A DNA stretch of 64,000 nucleotides. It comes from a virus. The DNA is taken from the IMG/VR virus record IMGVR_UViG_3300044213_000060, positions 28,903 to 92,902 of that record; one strand, written 5' to 3'. The notes below the pieces were generated by a model. The model saw only the letters and a program-made list of their open reading frames with translations. It made no database searches and had not been told where the DNA came from. Each line of letters opens with the position of its first letter. Positions within the stretch are counted from its first letter, which is position 1. This document shows, one piece after another, positions 1-10,841 of this stretch. Both the position numbers and the translations under genes were made by a program.

Positions 1-3000
1 AGATATTTAACCGCCTTATCTCAGTTTGGCAACGTTACAACAAACAAACACCTACAACCAACAGACATTCAAATTAATGGGTATGTTAACACAGATGGAA
101 CTGTTGTTCGCACAGCTGGCTATATAAACTGGGTACGTGATTACTTGACTAATTTAGGCATTAGCAATAGTTCTAGTTATATTAAAAATATTTTGCTAAA
201 TCTTAATGTGCAGTTAGCTTATCACGTTGGTGGTTATACTGATAAAAATTATATAACAGTCTTAGCAGAACAAAGCAGTCCTAGCAGTATCAACGATAGC
301 ATCGTAGTTCCAAATGAAAACTATACTATCACATTGAACAAATCTTCGCCTACTGGTAAAATTTCTTATAGCGCAGTTATTGTTGAACGAACAAACAGTG
401 GATACACAGTAACTGGATATAATTTAGCTAGTCCTTATTTTACAGTGATTCCAAGTCAAGTTGACAATAATTTTTATACTATAAAATCTGGCAGTGCCAG
501 TGTATCAGTATACAGAAACTACAGACCTGTAAAAGTGCAGTTTAATTATGGCACTGAATTTACTTCTGTTCAACAGTTAGCTGATTTTCTAGTAGGATAC
601 CAACGATATTTAAAAAGTCAAGGGTTTGTATTTACAAATGTAGATCCGGATCTTCAAGAAACACTAGATTGGACTGTGAGTATCAAAGAATTTTTGCACT
701 GGAGTCAACAAGGTTGGGCCCCAGGCAATGTTATTGTATTAAGTCCAGTCAATACAAAATTAACTGCTGTTACCAAGTTATCGGTTGTTGATGAAATAAA
801 AAATGCACCGTACAGCAGTAAAGTGTTAGATGTTAACTTTGCTACAATTAAATCTAACAATTTCTCAATTGCTAGAACTGGTAATCAATTTGACATTACG
901 AGCATCAGTGGACAAACAATTGCATTTGCAGAATTAGATCTAGTACAGTTTGAGCAGACCATTGTGTTTGATAACCAAACAGTGTTTAATGATATTATTT
1001 ACAGTCCCGAAACCGGTAATAGACAATATCGTTTAAAACTTGTTGGCAACAAAACCGGTGACTGGGATGGTAGTTTTAGTATTCCAGGATTTGTATATAA
1101 CAATAATCAAATCAATGATTGGCAACCCGGCACAGATTATCAGAAAGGTGATCTAGTCAAGTACAAATCAAGTTATTATACTGCCATAGCAGACACATCG
1201 GGCTCGGCTACATTTGTTATTGCCAATTGGTCATTGATAGATGGTGCAACCATCAAGTCTGGTTTATTAAATAATTTTGGTTATAACTCGGGTAAGTTTA
1301 ATCGCGTTTATGACATTGACAATCCAGTTGAAGATGCATCTTTGTTACAATTCAGTCAAGGCTTAACTGGATTTAGATCTAGAAGTTATCTAACAGATAT
1401 CGGTGTAGACAACGACACACAAGCCAAGTTTTATCAAGGCTTTATTAAACAAAAAGGCACATTAAATGCTGTGAACGCATTCCAAGGTGCACAGTTTGGT
1501 GCGATAACTTCTAACATAGCATACAATGAAGAATGGGCTATTCGTGTTGGTGAATACGGTGCGTTAGACAGCAACAACTACATTGAAGTTGTTCTGCCTG
1601 AAACTAATATTCATACAAGTCCAACACCGATAGAATTTATTGAAAATACTGCAGAACGTCCTTACGATATACAAAGTTATAATGAAAATGATGTCTATAG
1701 AATATCAGGATCGTATAGCCCTGATATATTAAAAACACGTACTAGAGATGTTGTTAACACACAAGACTTGCCGACTGCAGGCTATGTTAACCTAAATGAT
1801 GTTGACGCCACTATTTTTGACATAAGAAACTATGCGGTACTAGATGCGGTTATCAACAACATCCGCGACGGATATAAAATTTGGGCTGCAAAAAGTTTTG
1901 ATGGACAATGGAATGTTTATAGATCTTCGGGACTAAACAATACAGTTTTGCAAATGAGCTATACAAACGATAGCCTTGTAAAAGTATATCTAAACCGAAC
2001 ACATAATTTGTCCAGTGGTGATGTTGTTGTAATTAAAAACTTTGATTCACGCTTTGATGGTTTTTATCAAGTGTTTGGATCAGATAGTAGTACAACATTT
2101 TTTGTGGTAATGTACCAAAATCTTGACGTCGTACAAAAATTAAAAACCTTATACGGATCTGGTGTTATATTCCACTTGACCAGTATGCGTATCACACAAC
2201 CTAGTCAAGTACTACAACTTACTCCGCCTACCGGATGGATAAATGGCGACAAAGTTTGGATAGATGGCACGGCCACAACAAATTGGGAAGTCTATAACAA
2301 AACTGATCCTTGGGCATTTGAACAAACACTATCACTAAATCCAAGTGAATACATCGGTAATGATCAATTTGGTACCAGTGTAAAATTTAATTCAGACTCT
2401 ACAGTACTATATAGTGGAAGTCCTAATACTGGAATGGGCCGACTGGCAATATTCCAACGCAGTAGTGCCGATAATTCTTGGTCTTCTGCAGGAACTATAG
2501 CACCAAACGGAAATGCAACAGTACAGTTTGGACAAGCAGTTGATACTGGTAAGCAAACAGTTGTAGTCGCTGCTCCTGGCAGTAATTCTGGTGCAGGATA
2601 TGTTTATGTTTATAAAGCACAAAGTGCTGGTGTTGGCTTATCACAGATTTTAACCGCACCAAATGTTGCATTAACAAATGCTGGGTTTGGGACTGCAGTT
2701 TCTGTTAGCAAAGACGATCGTTGGATGTACATAAGTTCCCCGGGAGTAGGTGAAGTATATGCTTATGCTAAAGTAAGCCAGCCTATTGTTAATACTACTT
2801 TCACTGTATACGGCAACGAAGTTACAGCTAACTTATCGTCACAAGGTATCGGTAGTACATTAACAAATGTTGGTGGCAACAGCGGAAACTTTACTGTTTA
2901 TAATGGTTTAACTTCTTTAATTCCCGGTAACGATTATACATTTACTGCACATTCTATTAGTCTAACAGCACCTGCAACTCAAAGCAATGCTAGTGTTTCT

Positions 3001-6000
3001 GGTACCGGTGTAATAAATCAAGTTTATACATCACCGTTTGTTATTGGACCTGTAAAACGAATTCGTGTTGATAATAATGATGGCTCTGGTAGTATTATAA
3101 AAACAGAAGGAAACATAGACGCTGGACAAGGCGACTACAGAATTTTTGCAAATAGTTCTTCGATTAGCACAATAGTATTTTCGTCAACTGCAACACCAAC
3201 ATTAAATGCAAACATTTATATTGAAAATGGTACAAATTATGTATTTTATCAAAATGATTACTATACTCTAGAACACGTAATTTCTGCAGATCACACAACT
3301 AGTTTTGGCAGCAGCATAAAGTCTAGTACCGATGGTACACAATTGGCTGTTGGTGCTAAAAAATATTCAGTAAACGGATTTAATGAAGCCGGGGCGGTAT
3401 TTGTATACGGACGCAGCATTGAGAAATTTACCGGATCTGGAACAAACAATAGATTTATTACAAAAGATCCAGTGCCACCAATACACTATGTTGAATTAAA
3501 TGGTGTTACACAACGAGAAAACGTTGATTACGCAGTAGTGGCTGGTACAGTAACTTTTGCAGTTCCTCCTACGCCAGGAAGTACAATAAGCGTAGACACA
3601 AATCAATTTAGATTAATAAATTATTTTACTGATACGGCTCCTAGCGCATACGAACACTATGGAGAATCGGTTGAAATATGCCCACTTGATTGCACAGTAT
3701 ACGCAACAGCACCAAGATATAAAACTGCACACTATGTTGAAGGAGCAGTTTTTAGATATACTAACCAAGGAAAAGTCTACGGAACTATTCTTGGAACTGT
3801 ACAAAATCCTACAGTAACACCAGGAGACTGGTTCTCTATTAACGGATTTAAAGTTTCTTTTGATGGATCAACACTAGATAGCGTTGTAAAAAATATTAAC
3901 AATGCATCAATACTTGGTGTGCAGGCTAGCAACTTAAATGGATATCTATATATTGAAAGTATTTTGTTAACATCATTTAAGAAATTAGATATTAATCCTG
4001 GCAGTGGGACTGCATTAACTGATTTAGGATTGAATGTTTTTGTTTATACTCAAACAATAACAAATCCTGTGGCAATTAACAATCAAAGATTTGCATCTGG
4101 TATCGCAGTAGCCGATACTGCAGATACAATTTTAGTTTCTAGCAGTGGCTCGACTACATATTTAGATAATACGTTTGATTCAATAACAACAACATTTGAT
4201 AGTGGTGCAACTAAATTTACGCATCCTATACCAAATGCTGGCGCAGTTTACGTGTTTGATCTAATGACAAATACCAGCGCAAGTGCAGCTAATCCAGCAT
4301 TATTTGCTTATACTCAGCAATTAGAAGCACCAAATATTTCCGGTGGAATGAATTTTGGTGCCAGCATGGCGGTAGCCAATAACTATATGGCAATTGGCAG
4401 CAACCTAGACTCTGAATACAAAAATAATGGTGGAGTTGTATCTGTGTTAGCAGGGTCAGGTGTAAAAGGTTGGGAATTGATTAGAAGCCAATCACCTGCA
4501 GTAGATTTAAACAGTCTTGGGCATGCATTTATATACAATAATAAAACACAGCAGATTATTCAACATTTAGATTATATTGATCCTGCTAAAGGTAAGATAC
4601 TCGGGGCCGCGGAACAATTTATTGACATTAAGTCTGAGTTTGACCCGGCGGTATATAATAGTGCGTTGCGTACCGATGTGGTTAATAAAATAGAATTAAA
4701 TTGGAATAGTCAACAACGTGGACGTACTTGGTGGGACTTGAGTACAATTAGATACGTTGACTATGAACAAGATACAATAACATACAGAAGCAAAAACTGG
4801 GGAAGATTATTTCCAGGATCTGTAGTGACAGTGTACGAATGGGTAGAAAGCAATTACTTACCAAGTCAATATGTGTCAAGCGGTGGTGATGGCACACCAA
4901 AATATCCCGACGATACAGCATACTGTTCTGTGGTACAAGTTAATCCGTCTACAGGAATAGTCACAAGTACATATTATTTCTGGGTAAGCAAAAAAGTTAA
5001 TGTTGATTTTATTTCTGATAATGGTAGAAAAATCAGCACAATTGAATTAGAAAACATTATACGTAGTCCCGAAAGTCAGGGTATATCGTACTCGGCGTTG
5101 TTGGCACCTAACGCAATGAATTTATATAATATTTCTGATAAATTAGTTGCCAACGAAGTAGTACTACATCTAGATACAACACAGTTAACAAATACAAATA
5201 TTATTCACAGTGAATATCAATTGATAACAGAGTCATCTGCTGATACTGTGTTTCCAAAACGTATTATTACTAAACTAAGGGATAGTCTTAGTGGATTGAA
5301 TTCTACAGGCCAAGTTGTTCCAGATCCTACATTAAAAGCCAGTGATAGATATGGTGTATTGATTAGACCTCGTCAAGGATTGTTTATTAACCGTCAGACC
5401 GCAGTTGAAAACTTTGTTGACAAAGTCAATCAAGTAATGGCTGCAAACCCTGTTGCGTTACAATACAATATTACTACACTAAAATCAAGTCAACCTGTAC
5501 CAGCTGGCTCTTATGATCTTGCAGTTGATATGTATTCTGAACTCGATTATATCAATCGCTCAACACTATCGGATGGATCCCGCGTATTAGTTAATAGTGA
5601 TTCTAACAATAACGGATTATGGGTAATCTACAGTTATGTTGCTGCTGACGATTCGTGGACAGTCAATAGAATTCAAAGTTATAATACTTCGTTGTATTGG
5701 ACTTACTCTGACTGGTATGCAGTTGGATTTGATACATCGCGAAAAATTACCAAACAAGTTGCAATATACGCCGACATAAAATTATTATCTTATTCTGCTG
5801 GTGATATTATTAAAGTATTAAACAACGGAAATGGAAACTGGTCATTGTACGAAGTACTTGACAATTTGTCTTTGCAAATTGCCGGGGTACAAAATGGAAC
5901 AGTACAACTATTACCAAGTGTATACAATTTGGCCGAAGGCAGCATGGGATTTGATGCTGATAACTTTGGTATAATCAGATACGATCAGAATCCGTTTATT

Positions 6001-8457
6001 GAGTTAGGATACATCTTTGATGCAATTTATAACGATATATTTGTTGGCGATCTAAGTATAGAATTTAATAATTTATTCTTTACGTTGGTAAATTATATCT
6101 TTACAGAACAACTAGCACCCGATTGGATATTTAAAACCAGTTTTGCAACAGTAACACACTATTTGCGTACTCTAGCTCAACTGCCAAGTTTTGTTAATGA
6201 TAATCAAACATATTATCAAGATTACATCAACGAAATCAAACCTTATCGTACACAAGTGAGAGAATACCTTCCTGTATACTCTGGCACAGATCAAGCCGAC
6301 GGTCGTATCACAGACTTTGATTTGCCGGTGTATTTTGATACAACATACAACAGGTATCGTCCACTTGATAATGCTAATATTTTTGATGCCAACGTTATCG
6401 CTACCACGGATGAGTATCAAGATTGGTTGTTAAATTACACCTATAGTGTAACTGAATTGTTGATTGAAAATCCTGGATCTGGATATACAGTTCCTCCTAT
6501 TATTACTATTAGCGGTGGCGGAGGATCTGGGGCAACAGCGATTGCTGAAATTAATTTAGACTTTGGTACAGTCACAAATATTATAATTACAAATCCTGGG
6601 TCAGGATATACAACTACACCTACAGTAACAATTAACGGTAACGGCATTGGTGCTACTGCATATGCAATATTAAATAATGAATATTATTCTACTAGTACCG
6701 CATCAAGTTACAATAAAGTTAGAAACTTAAACACTACAATTAAATTTGATAGAATAAACTATACAAGTAACGTACAAACTTGGTCTGCAAATACTGCGTA
6801 TGCAAACAATGCCATTGTTAGCTATAATGGAGTAGCATACCAGGCAGTATCAGCTTGGAATACATATACAGACACAGTATTTGATCCATCTAAATATACA
6901 GAACTAACAGGCGACTTCTTTACACAAGCAACAGATAGAATCTCTGCTTACTATCAACCAGCAACAGGTATGCCGGGGCGTGATTTTGCACAGTTAATGA
7001 CTGGTATAGATTATCCTGGTACTGAAGTTAAAGGATTAGAATTTACTGCTAATACACTTAACATATCTTCAAATGTTATAGGTTTTAACTATCAAGGCAT
7101 GACTATAACCAGTGCCAATACTTCTAAAATTGATTTTGTGGCGCTAGGATTCTCTGCGGATAAAACTATTGAAGTACGCGGATTAGTTCCGTTTGCATTT
7201 GACAATAATGCTAGATATACCATTTTAAGCGTTACATCAAATGCTATGATGCTAACCGGAGCACCTGTAACAACTATTAGTAGTTTAGTATTGTCATCTA
7301 ATGTAACAGTTAACGCTGGGGATTTCGTACAACAAACATATAGTCCATCTGGTACCGGATTAGTAACTGCCAATGGTAGAGTGGTTAGCTCAACAACAAA
7401 CTCTAATGTTATATCTGTTATTAGTACCAATGAATATGTTGTTTCAAATACCAATTATTTGTTAGTTAACAATGCAAATGTACATGCTACAGTTGCAAAT
7501 GTAATGCCAACTGGAACTGCTGATGTTGAACTAATTTATTTTGATGACGCGAACACTAGTAGACTTGATACTATTATTCAAAGTAGTTATACTGATACTG
7601 CGTTAGGTACAAGACCTGAAGATATTAATGTTGATGGTGGTGCTTATGTTGATCAATACAATAGTCATGCACCAGAAGAACTAATACCTGGTCGTATGTA
7701 TGATACATTAAGTCTAAAAGTAATGCATGTTGATGGTGGATATTCTTGGGCATGGGAATATTTCTACGATATGAACGGTTCTAGACAGTACTATCGTCTA
7801 AGTGATCAACACTCTACGACGCTTCGTGCCAACTTGAATGTTACAGATTCCAATATTCAAGTGGTAAATGCTGCTAGACTATCTGCACCAAATACTCCAC
7901 TTGCACTTCCTGGTGTAGTCTACATTAACGGTGAAAAAATAACATATTATGGAATTGACTACACAAATAATGTATTAACACAGATACGTAGAGGAGTCGA
8001 TGGTACGGGAACACCTCAGCGCCACCTAGTGAATTCAACTGCATTCGACAACAGTCTAACACAAGAAATACCTTGGAATTATGTTAATACTGAATTGTAC
8101 TTAACTGGTACAGGTACTAAAACCGCATTTAACAGTAATGTTGACATTTATGGGGTCACTTCTGTTAAAGTTAATGGAAATATAGTACAAAATTACAAAT
8201 TTGTATCTAATACTATTTCACCAGTTAGTGAGTGGGATATAGAATTTTCAACTGCACCGCCACTAGGAGCAAATATCGCAATTACTAACCAATCAGAACG
8301 TAGTTTCTTAACCATGACCGGAAATACAATTGTTATTGATTCCCACAGCGGCGGATTTATAGTTGCAAATACAGTTGCTGCAACTTTTATGAAACAATAC
8401 GGGTTAGCTTCATTCTTGAGTAATACATTCTCGTATACGGATCAAAAAATTAGTTGA
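1..8457 (+). CDS. Giant virion structural protein (baseplate/tail-associated), 5'-truncated, >2818 aa; FG-GAP-like propeller repeats and two CBM5/12-like motifs
   Basis: Frame is open from base 1 (RYLTALSQFG...), so the TTG at 145 is not the true start. About 7 FG-GAP-like units (FGTSVKF, FGQAVDT, FGTAVSV, FGSSIKS, YGESVEI, FASGIAV, FGASMAV); WQPGTDYQKGDLVKY and WSANTAYANNAIVSY; NPGSGYT..P.(I/V)TI repeats typical of myovirus tail/baseplate proteins. Confidence 0.75.
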   Translation, partial: RYLTALSQFGNVTTNKHLQPTDIQINGYVNTDGTVVRTAGYINWVRDYLTNLGISNSSSYIKNILLNLNVQLAYHVGGYTDKNYITVLAEQSSPSSINDSIVVPNENYTITLNKSSPTGKISYSAVIVERTNSGYTVTGYNLASPYFTVIPSQVDNNFYTIKSGSASVSVYRNYRPVKVQFNYGTEFTSVQQLADFLVGYQRYLKSQGFVFTNVDPDLQETLDWTVSIKEFLHWSQQGWAPGNVIVLSPVNTKLTAVTKLSVVDEIKNAPYSSKVLDVNFATIKSNNFSIARTGNQFDITSISGQTIAFAELDLVQFEQTIVFDNQTVFNDIIYSPETGNRQYRLKLVGNKTGDWDGSFSIPGFVYNNNQINDWQPGTDYQKGDLVKYKSSYYTAIADTSGSATFVIANWSLIDGATIKSGLLNNFGYNSGKFNRVYDIDNPVEDASLLQFSQGLTGFRSRSYLTDIGVDNDTQAKFYQGFIKQKGTLNAVNAFQGAQFGAITSNIAYNEEWAIRVGEYGALDSNNYIEVVLPETNIHTSPTPIEFIENTAERPYDIQSYNENDVYRISGSYSPDILKTRTRDVVNTQDLPTAGYVNLNDVDATIFDIRNYAVLDAVINNIRDGYKIWAAKSFDGQWNVYRSSGLNNTVLQMSYTNDSLVKVYLNRTHNLSSGDVVVIKNFDSRFDGFYQVFGSDSSTTFFVVMYQNLDVVQKLKTLYGSGVIFHLTSMRITQPSQVLQLTPPTGWINGDKVWIDGTATTNWEVYNKTDPWAFEQTLSLNPSEYIGNDQFGTSVKFNSDSTVLYSGSPNTGMGRLAIFQRSSADNSWSSAGTIAPNGNATVQFGQAVDTGKQTVVVAAPGSNSGAGYVYVYKAQSAGVGLSQILTAPNVALTNAGFGTAVSVSKDDRWMYISSPGVGEVYAYAKVSQPIVNTTFTVYGNEVTANLSSQGIGSTLTNVGGNSGNFTVYNGLTSLIPGNDYTFTAHSISLTAPATQSNASVSGTGVINQVYTSPFVIGPVKRIRVDNNDGSGSIIKTEGNIDAGQGDYRIFANSSSISTIVFSSTATPTLNANIYIENGTNYVFYQNDYYTLEHVISADHTTSFGSSIKSSTDGTQLAVGAKKYSVNGFNEAGAVFVYGRSIEKFTGSGTNNRFITKDPVPPIHYVELNGVTQRENVDYAVVAGTVTFAVPPTPGSTISVDTNQFRLINYFTDTAPSAYEHYGESVEICPLDCTVYATAPRYKTAHYVEGAVFRYTNQGKVYGTILGTVQNPTVTPGDWFSINGFKVSFDGSTLDSVVKNINNASILGVQASNLNGYLYIESILLTSFKKLDINPGSGTALTDLGLNVFVYTQTITNPVAINNQRFASGIAVADTADTILVSSSGSTTYLDNTFDSITTTFDSGATKFTHPIPNAGAVYVFDLMTNTSASAANPALFAYTQQLEAPNISGGMNFGASMAVANNYMAIGSNLDSEYKNNGGVVSVLAGSGVKGWELIRSQSPAVDLNSLGHAFIYNNKTQQIIQHLDYIDPAKGKILGAAEQFIDIKSEFDPAVYNSALRTDVVNKIELNWNSQQRGRTWWDLSTIRYVDYEQDTITYRSKNWGRLFPGSVVTVYEWVESNYLPSQYVSSGGDGTPKYPDDTAYCSVVQVNPSTGIVTSTYYFWVSKKVNVDFISDNGRKISTIELENIIRSPESQGISYSALLAPNAMNLYNISDKLVANEVVLHLDTTQLTNTNIIHSEYQLITESSADTVFPKRIITKLRDSLSGLNSTGQVVPDPTLKASDRYGVLIRPRQGLFINRQTAVENFVDKVNQVMAANPVALQYNITTLKSSQPVPAGSYDLAVDMYSELDYINRSTLSDGSRVLVNSDSNNNGLWVIYSYVAADDSWTVNRIQSYNTSLYWTYSDWYAVGFDTSRKITKQVAIYADIKLLSYSAGDIIKVLNNGNGNWSLYEVLDNLSLQIAGVQNGTVQLLPSVYNLAEGSMGFDADNFGIIRYDQNPFIELGYIFDAIYNDIFVGDLSIEFNNLFFTLVNYIFTEQLAPDWIFKTSFATVTHYLRTLAQLPSFVNDNQTYYQDYINEIKPYRTQVREYLPVYSGTDQADGRITDFDLPVYFDTTYNRYRPLDNANIFDANVIATTDEYQDWLLNYTYSVTELLIENPGSGYTVPPIITISGGGGSGATAIAEINLDFGTVTNIIITNPGSGYTTTPTVTINGNGIGATAYAILNNEYYSTSTASSYNKVRNLNTTIKFDRINYTSNVQTWSANTAYANNAIVSYNGVAYQAVSAWNTYTDTVFDPSKYTELTGDFFTQATDRISAYYQPATGMPGRDFAQLMTGIDYPGTEVKGLEFTANTLNISSNVIGFNYQGMTITSANTSKIDFVALGFSADKTIEVRGLVPFAFDNNARYTILSVTSNAMMLTGAPVTTISSLVLSSNVTVNAGDFVQQTYSPSGTGLVTANGRVVSSTTNSNVISVISTNEYVVSNTNYLLVNNANVHATVANVMPTGTADVELIYFDDANTSRLDTIIQSSYTDTALGTRPEDINVDGGAYVDQYNSHAPEELIPGRMYDTLSLKVMHVDGGYSWAWEYFYDMNGSRQYYRLSDQHSTTLRANLNVTDSNIQVVNAARLSAPNTPLALPGVVYINGEKITYYGIDYTNNVLTQIRRGVDGTGTPQRHLVNSTAFDNSLTQEIPWNYVNTELYLTGTGTKTAFNSNVDIYGVTSVKVNGNIVQNYKFVSNTISPVSEWDIEFSTAPPLGANIAITNQSERSFLTMTGNTIVIDSHSGGFIVANTVAATFMKQYGLASFLSNTFSYTDQKIS

Positions 8458-8476
8458 TAGGATTTAACCCGATAAA

Positions 8477-9148
8477 ATGAACACGATAAATAATAATATG
8501 AACAACAACGAACAATCACAAACCGTTGACGAAGCAGGTGCTTTATATGTCCGCGGGCATATTAAAATATTTGATCCCGAATCCGGGGAAGTGTTTGTTA
8601 ACAAAACAAATGCCATTCACTACGAAAATATCAGTGAAGCTATTGCTTACTGTTTGGCCAATAAAGGACAAAGTTATATATTTGAAATGAATTTTGGTAA
8701 TGGTGGAACAAGTATTGATCCAACTGGTATTATTACATATCTACCACCAAATACAAATACTCAAAATGCTACGTTGTATAATGCTACATTTACTAAAATT
8801 GTAGATGACACCAGCAGTTATAATCCTGACCCGGCAAGAAACAAGATACAAATACGTCATATTCCTGGAAATATCTACAGTGACATAGTTGTTACCTGTT
8901 TAATTGACTACGGCGAGCCTAGTACACAAAGTGCCTTTGATACAAGCACAACACTTAATGATACATTCACGTTTGATGAATTGGGACTAAGAGCTAGAAG
9001 TACAGACGGCACTATTGGACTTGCTAGTACCGGTAAATTATTGACACACGTAATCTTTCATCCTGTACAAAAAAGTTTAAATCGTTTAATTCAAATTGAC
9101 TATACAGTCCGTATTCAAACTCTAACAAATTTGAGTTCACTGGGGTAA
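8477..9148 (+). CDS. Putative virion/baseplate structural protein (start may be 8498)
   Basis: 223-aa ORF in the structural module; C-terminal FDELGL...LLTHVIFHPVQKSLNR resembles phage tail/baseplate proteins. Confidence 0.55.
   Translation: MNTINNNMNNNEQSQTVDEAGALYVRGHIKIFDPESGEVFVNKTNAIHYENISEAIAYCLANKGQSYIFEMNFGNGGTSIDPTGIITYLPPNTNTQNATLYNATFTKIVDDTSSYNPDPARNKIQIRHIPGNIYSDIVVTCLIDYGEPSTQSAFDTSTTLNDTFTFDELGLRARSTDGTIGLASTGKLLTHVIFHPVQKSLNRLIQIDYTVRIQTLTNLSSLG
8485..8492 (+). promoter_or_regulatory. Putative late promoter (GATAAATA, T4-like TAAATA core)
   Basis: Lies 5 nt before the in-frame ATG at 8498; the same core precedes other genes (12664, 12698, 43055, 53384). Confidence 0.45.
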
Positions 9149-9151
9149 TCA

Positions 9152-10840
9152 ATGAGTTATCAAATTAACAAAAGCAACGGTGATAGTATTATAGTATTAG
9201 ATGGTACTAAAGATACCACCAGCACAAGTTTGACTCTTATTGGTCGCAAAAGTTTAAATTATGGGCAGTATGAAAATCAAAATTTTGTAAGACTGTTAGA
9301 AAATTTTGCATATACATTACCACCGGTAAATGCTATAACTGGACAACTTTGGTATAATACTTCTAATCAGACATTAAATTTATATAATACGCAAACTTGG
9401 AAACCATTGGCAACAGAAGAATTTGTTGCCAACTTATTTTCAAATAGTACAGAGTTAGCCAATGTAGTAGTAACAAATTATGTAACAACATATGGTTATT
9501 CTGATTCTAATGTTGCTGCATATATACCAACTGATCCTAGTTTTACAATTTTACAAGCTAATGTTGCAGCTCTTTCTCTAGGATTAACGGCTGCAAATGC
9601 TTATTCGGTATCTACAAATGCAACAACGCAGGCAGCGATTACAAGTTTAAATTCATTTATTAGTGTAGTTAACACCCAATTAAATTCATCAATTTCTAGT
9701 ATATCTGCAAATATTGGTGCATTTGAAACGTATGCTAATATTAGTTTTGATACAAAATCAACTACAAACTCTATACAAGCAAACATTGGTGCATTTGAAA
9801 CTTATGCTAATTTACAGTTTTTGTTAGTTCAAGGAAATACCGCAACTATAACAAATCAACTTGTTTCATATGAATTGTATGCAAATGCACAAATGTCATC
9901 GATCCAAGGCTATGTGAATTCTGTTAATTCTAATGTTGGTACTCTTGCATCTAATTTAACTACATTTGAAACTTATGCTAATTTAGCATTTGGCCCCAGT
10001 TCGCCAAGTTCATATAGTAATAGTAATGTAGCCGCATATTTGCCAACTGATCCTACTATTAAATCTATACAGGCAAACATTGGTGCATTTGAAAATTACG
10101 CCAACACAACATTTACTGTAAGTAGTTATAACAATAGTAATGTAGCATCTTACCTGCCATCTGATCCTACTATTACAACAATACAAGCAAACATTGGTGC
10201 ATTTGAAACGTATGCTAATACTCAAATACGAACTCAATCAAATCTCATATCAAACATAAATGCCAATATTGGTGCATTTGAAACTTATGCTAATGCTACG
10301 TTTTCAACAAGTGGCGGAAGTAGTTATGGCAATACAAATGTAGCTGCATATTTGCCATCGTACACAGGAAATGTATCTGCTAATTATGTTACTGCAAATA
10401 GATTTAACTTTGCAAATGGTGTAAACATACTAAGCACAGTTAGCGGCGGCAGTGGCGCACTACCATCACGAACAACAGTAACAGTTAGTACTGGAAATTT
10501 ATCTGCGGGTGCAAGTGCAAATATTAATGTTGCTGGATATAAAGGCTATGCCTTATATGCAATATCAACAACTGCTAACGCATGGGTAACAGTCTACTCA
10601 TCAAACAGTTCTTTATCTAGTGATTATAGTAGAAGTATCACAACTGATCCATCGCCTGGATCAGGGGTAATAGCAGAAATGATTTCTACAACAGGTTCTG
10701 CAACACAATATTTTACTCCGGCAGTTGTTGGGTTTAATACCGAATCACCGGTTACTACTAACATTCCTATCAAAGTATATAATAATGGGGGCACTGGTAC
10801 TATATCAGTAACGTTAACATTATTACAAACGGAAAGCTAA
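9152..10840 (+). CDS. Tail fibre-like protein with N-terminal anchor domain and internal repeats
   Basis: N-terminus is paralogous to 12731 (SLTLIG...YG...NFV.LLENFA...GQLW); Ser/Thr/Asn-rich repeats; C-terminal beta-rich domain. Confidence 0.65.
   Translation: MSYQINKSNGDSIIVLDGTKDTTSTSLTLIGRKSLNYGQYENQNFVRLLENFAYTLPPVNAITGQLWYNTSNQTLNLYNTQTWKPLATEEFVANLFSNSTELANVVVTNYVTTYGYSDSNVAAYIPTDPSFTILQANVAALSLGLTAANAYSVSTNATTQAAITSLNSFISVVNTQLNSSISSISANIGAFETYANISFDTKSTTNSIQANIGAFETYANLQFLLVQGNTATITNQLVSYELYANAQMSSIQGYVNSVNSNVGTLASNLTTFETYANLAFGPSSPSSYSNSNVAAYLPTDPTIKSIQANIGAFENYANTTFTVSSYNNSNVASYLPSDPTITTIQANIGAFETYANTQIRTQSNLISNINANIGAFETYANATFSTSGGSSYGNTNVAAYLPSYTGNVSANYVTANRFNFANGVNILSTVSGGSGALPSRTTVTVSTGNLSAGASANINVAGYKGYALYAISTTANAWVTVYSSNSSLSSDYSRSITTDPSPGSGVIAEMISTTGSATQYFTPAVVGFNTESPVTTNIPIKVYNNGGTGTISVTLTLLQTES
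9497..10360 (+). repeat. Intragenic repeats: ANIGAFE(T/N)YAN x5 (+2 degenerate) and Yx(N/D)(S/T)NVA(A/S)Y(L/I)P x4
   Basis: Visible in the protein and in DNA (attggtgcatttgaaa recurs near 9713, 9786, 10079, 10193, 10268). Confidence 0.9.
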
Positions 10841-10841
10841 T

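Noticed and set aside
145-147. TTG start given for the 2770-aa ORF
   Set aside because: The frame is open from base 1; the gene starts outside the window.
9700-10300. CRISPR-like array of ~33-nt repeats
   Set aside because: The repeats are in frame inside a CDS, irregularly spaced, and vary at third codon positions.
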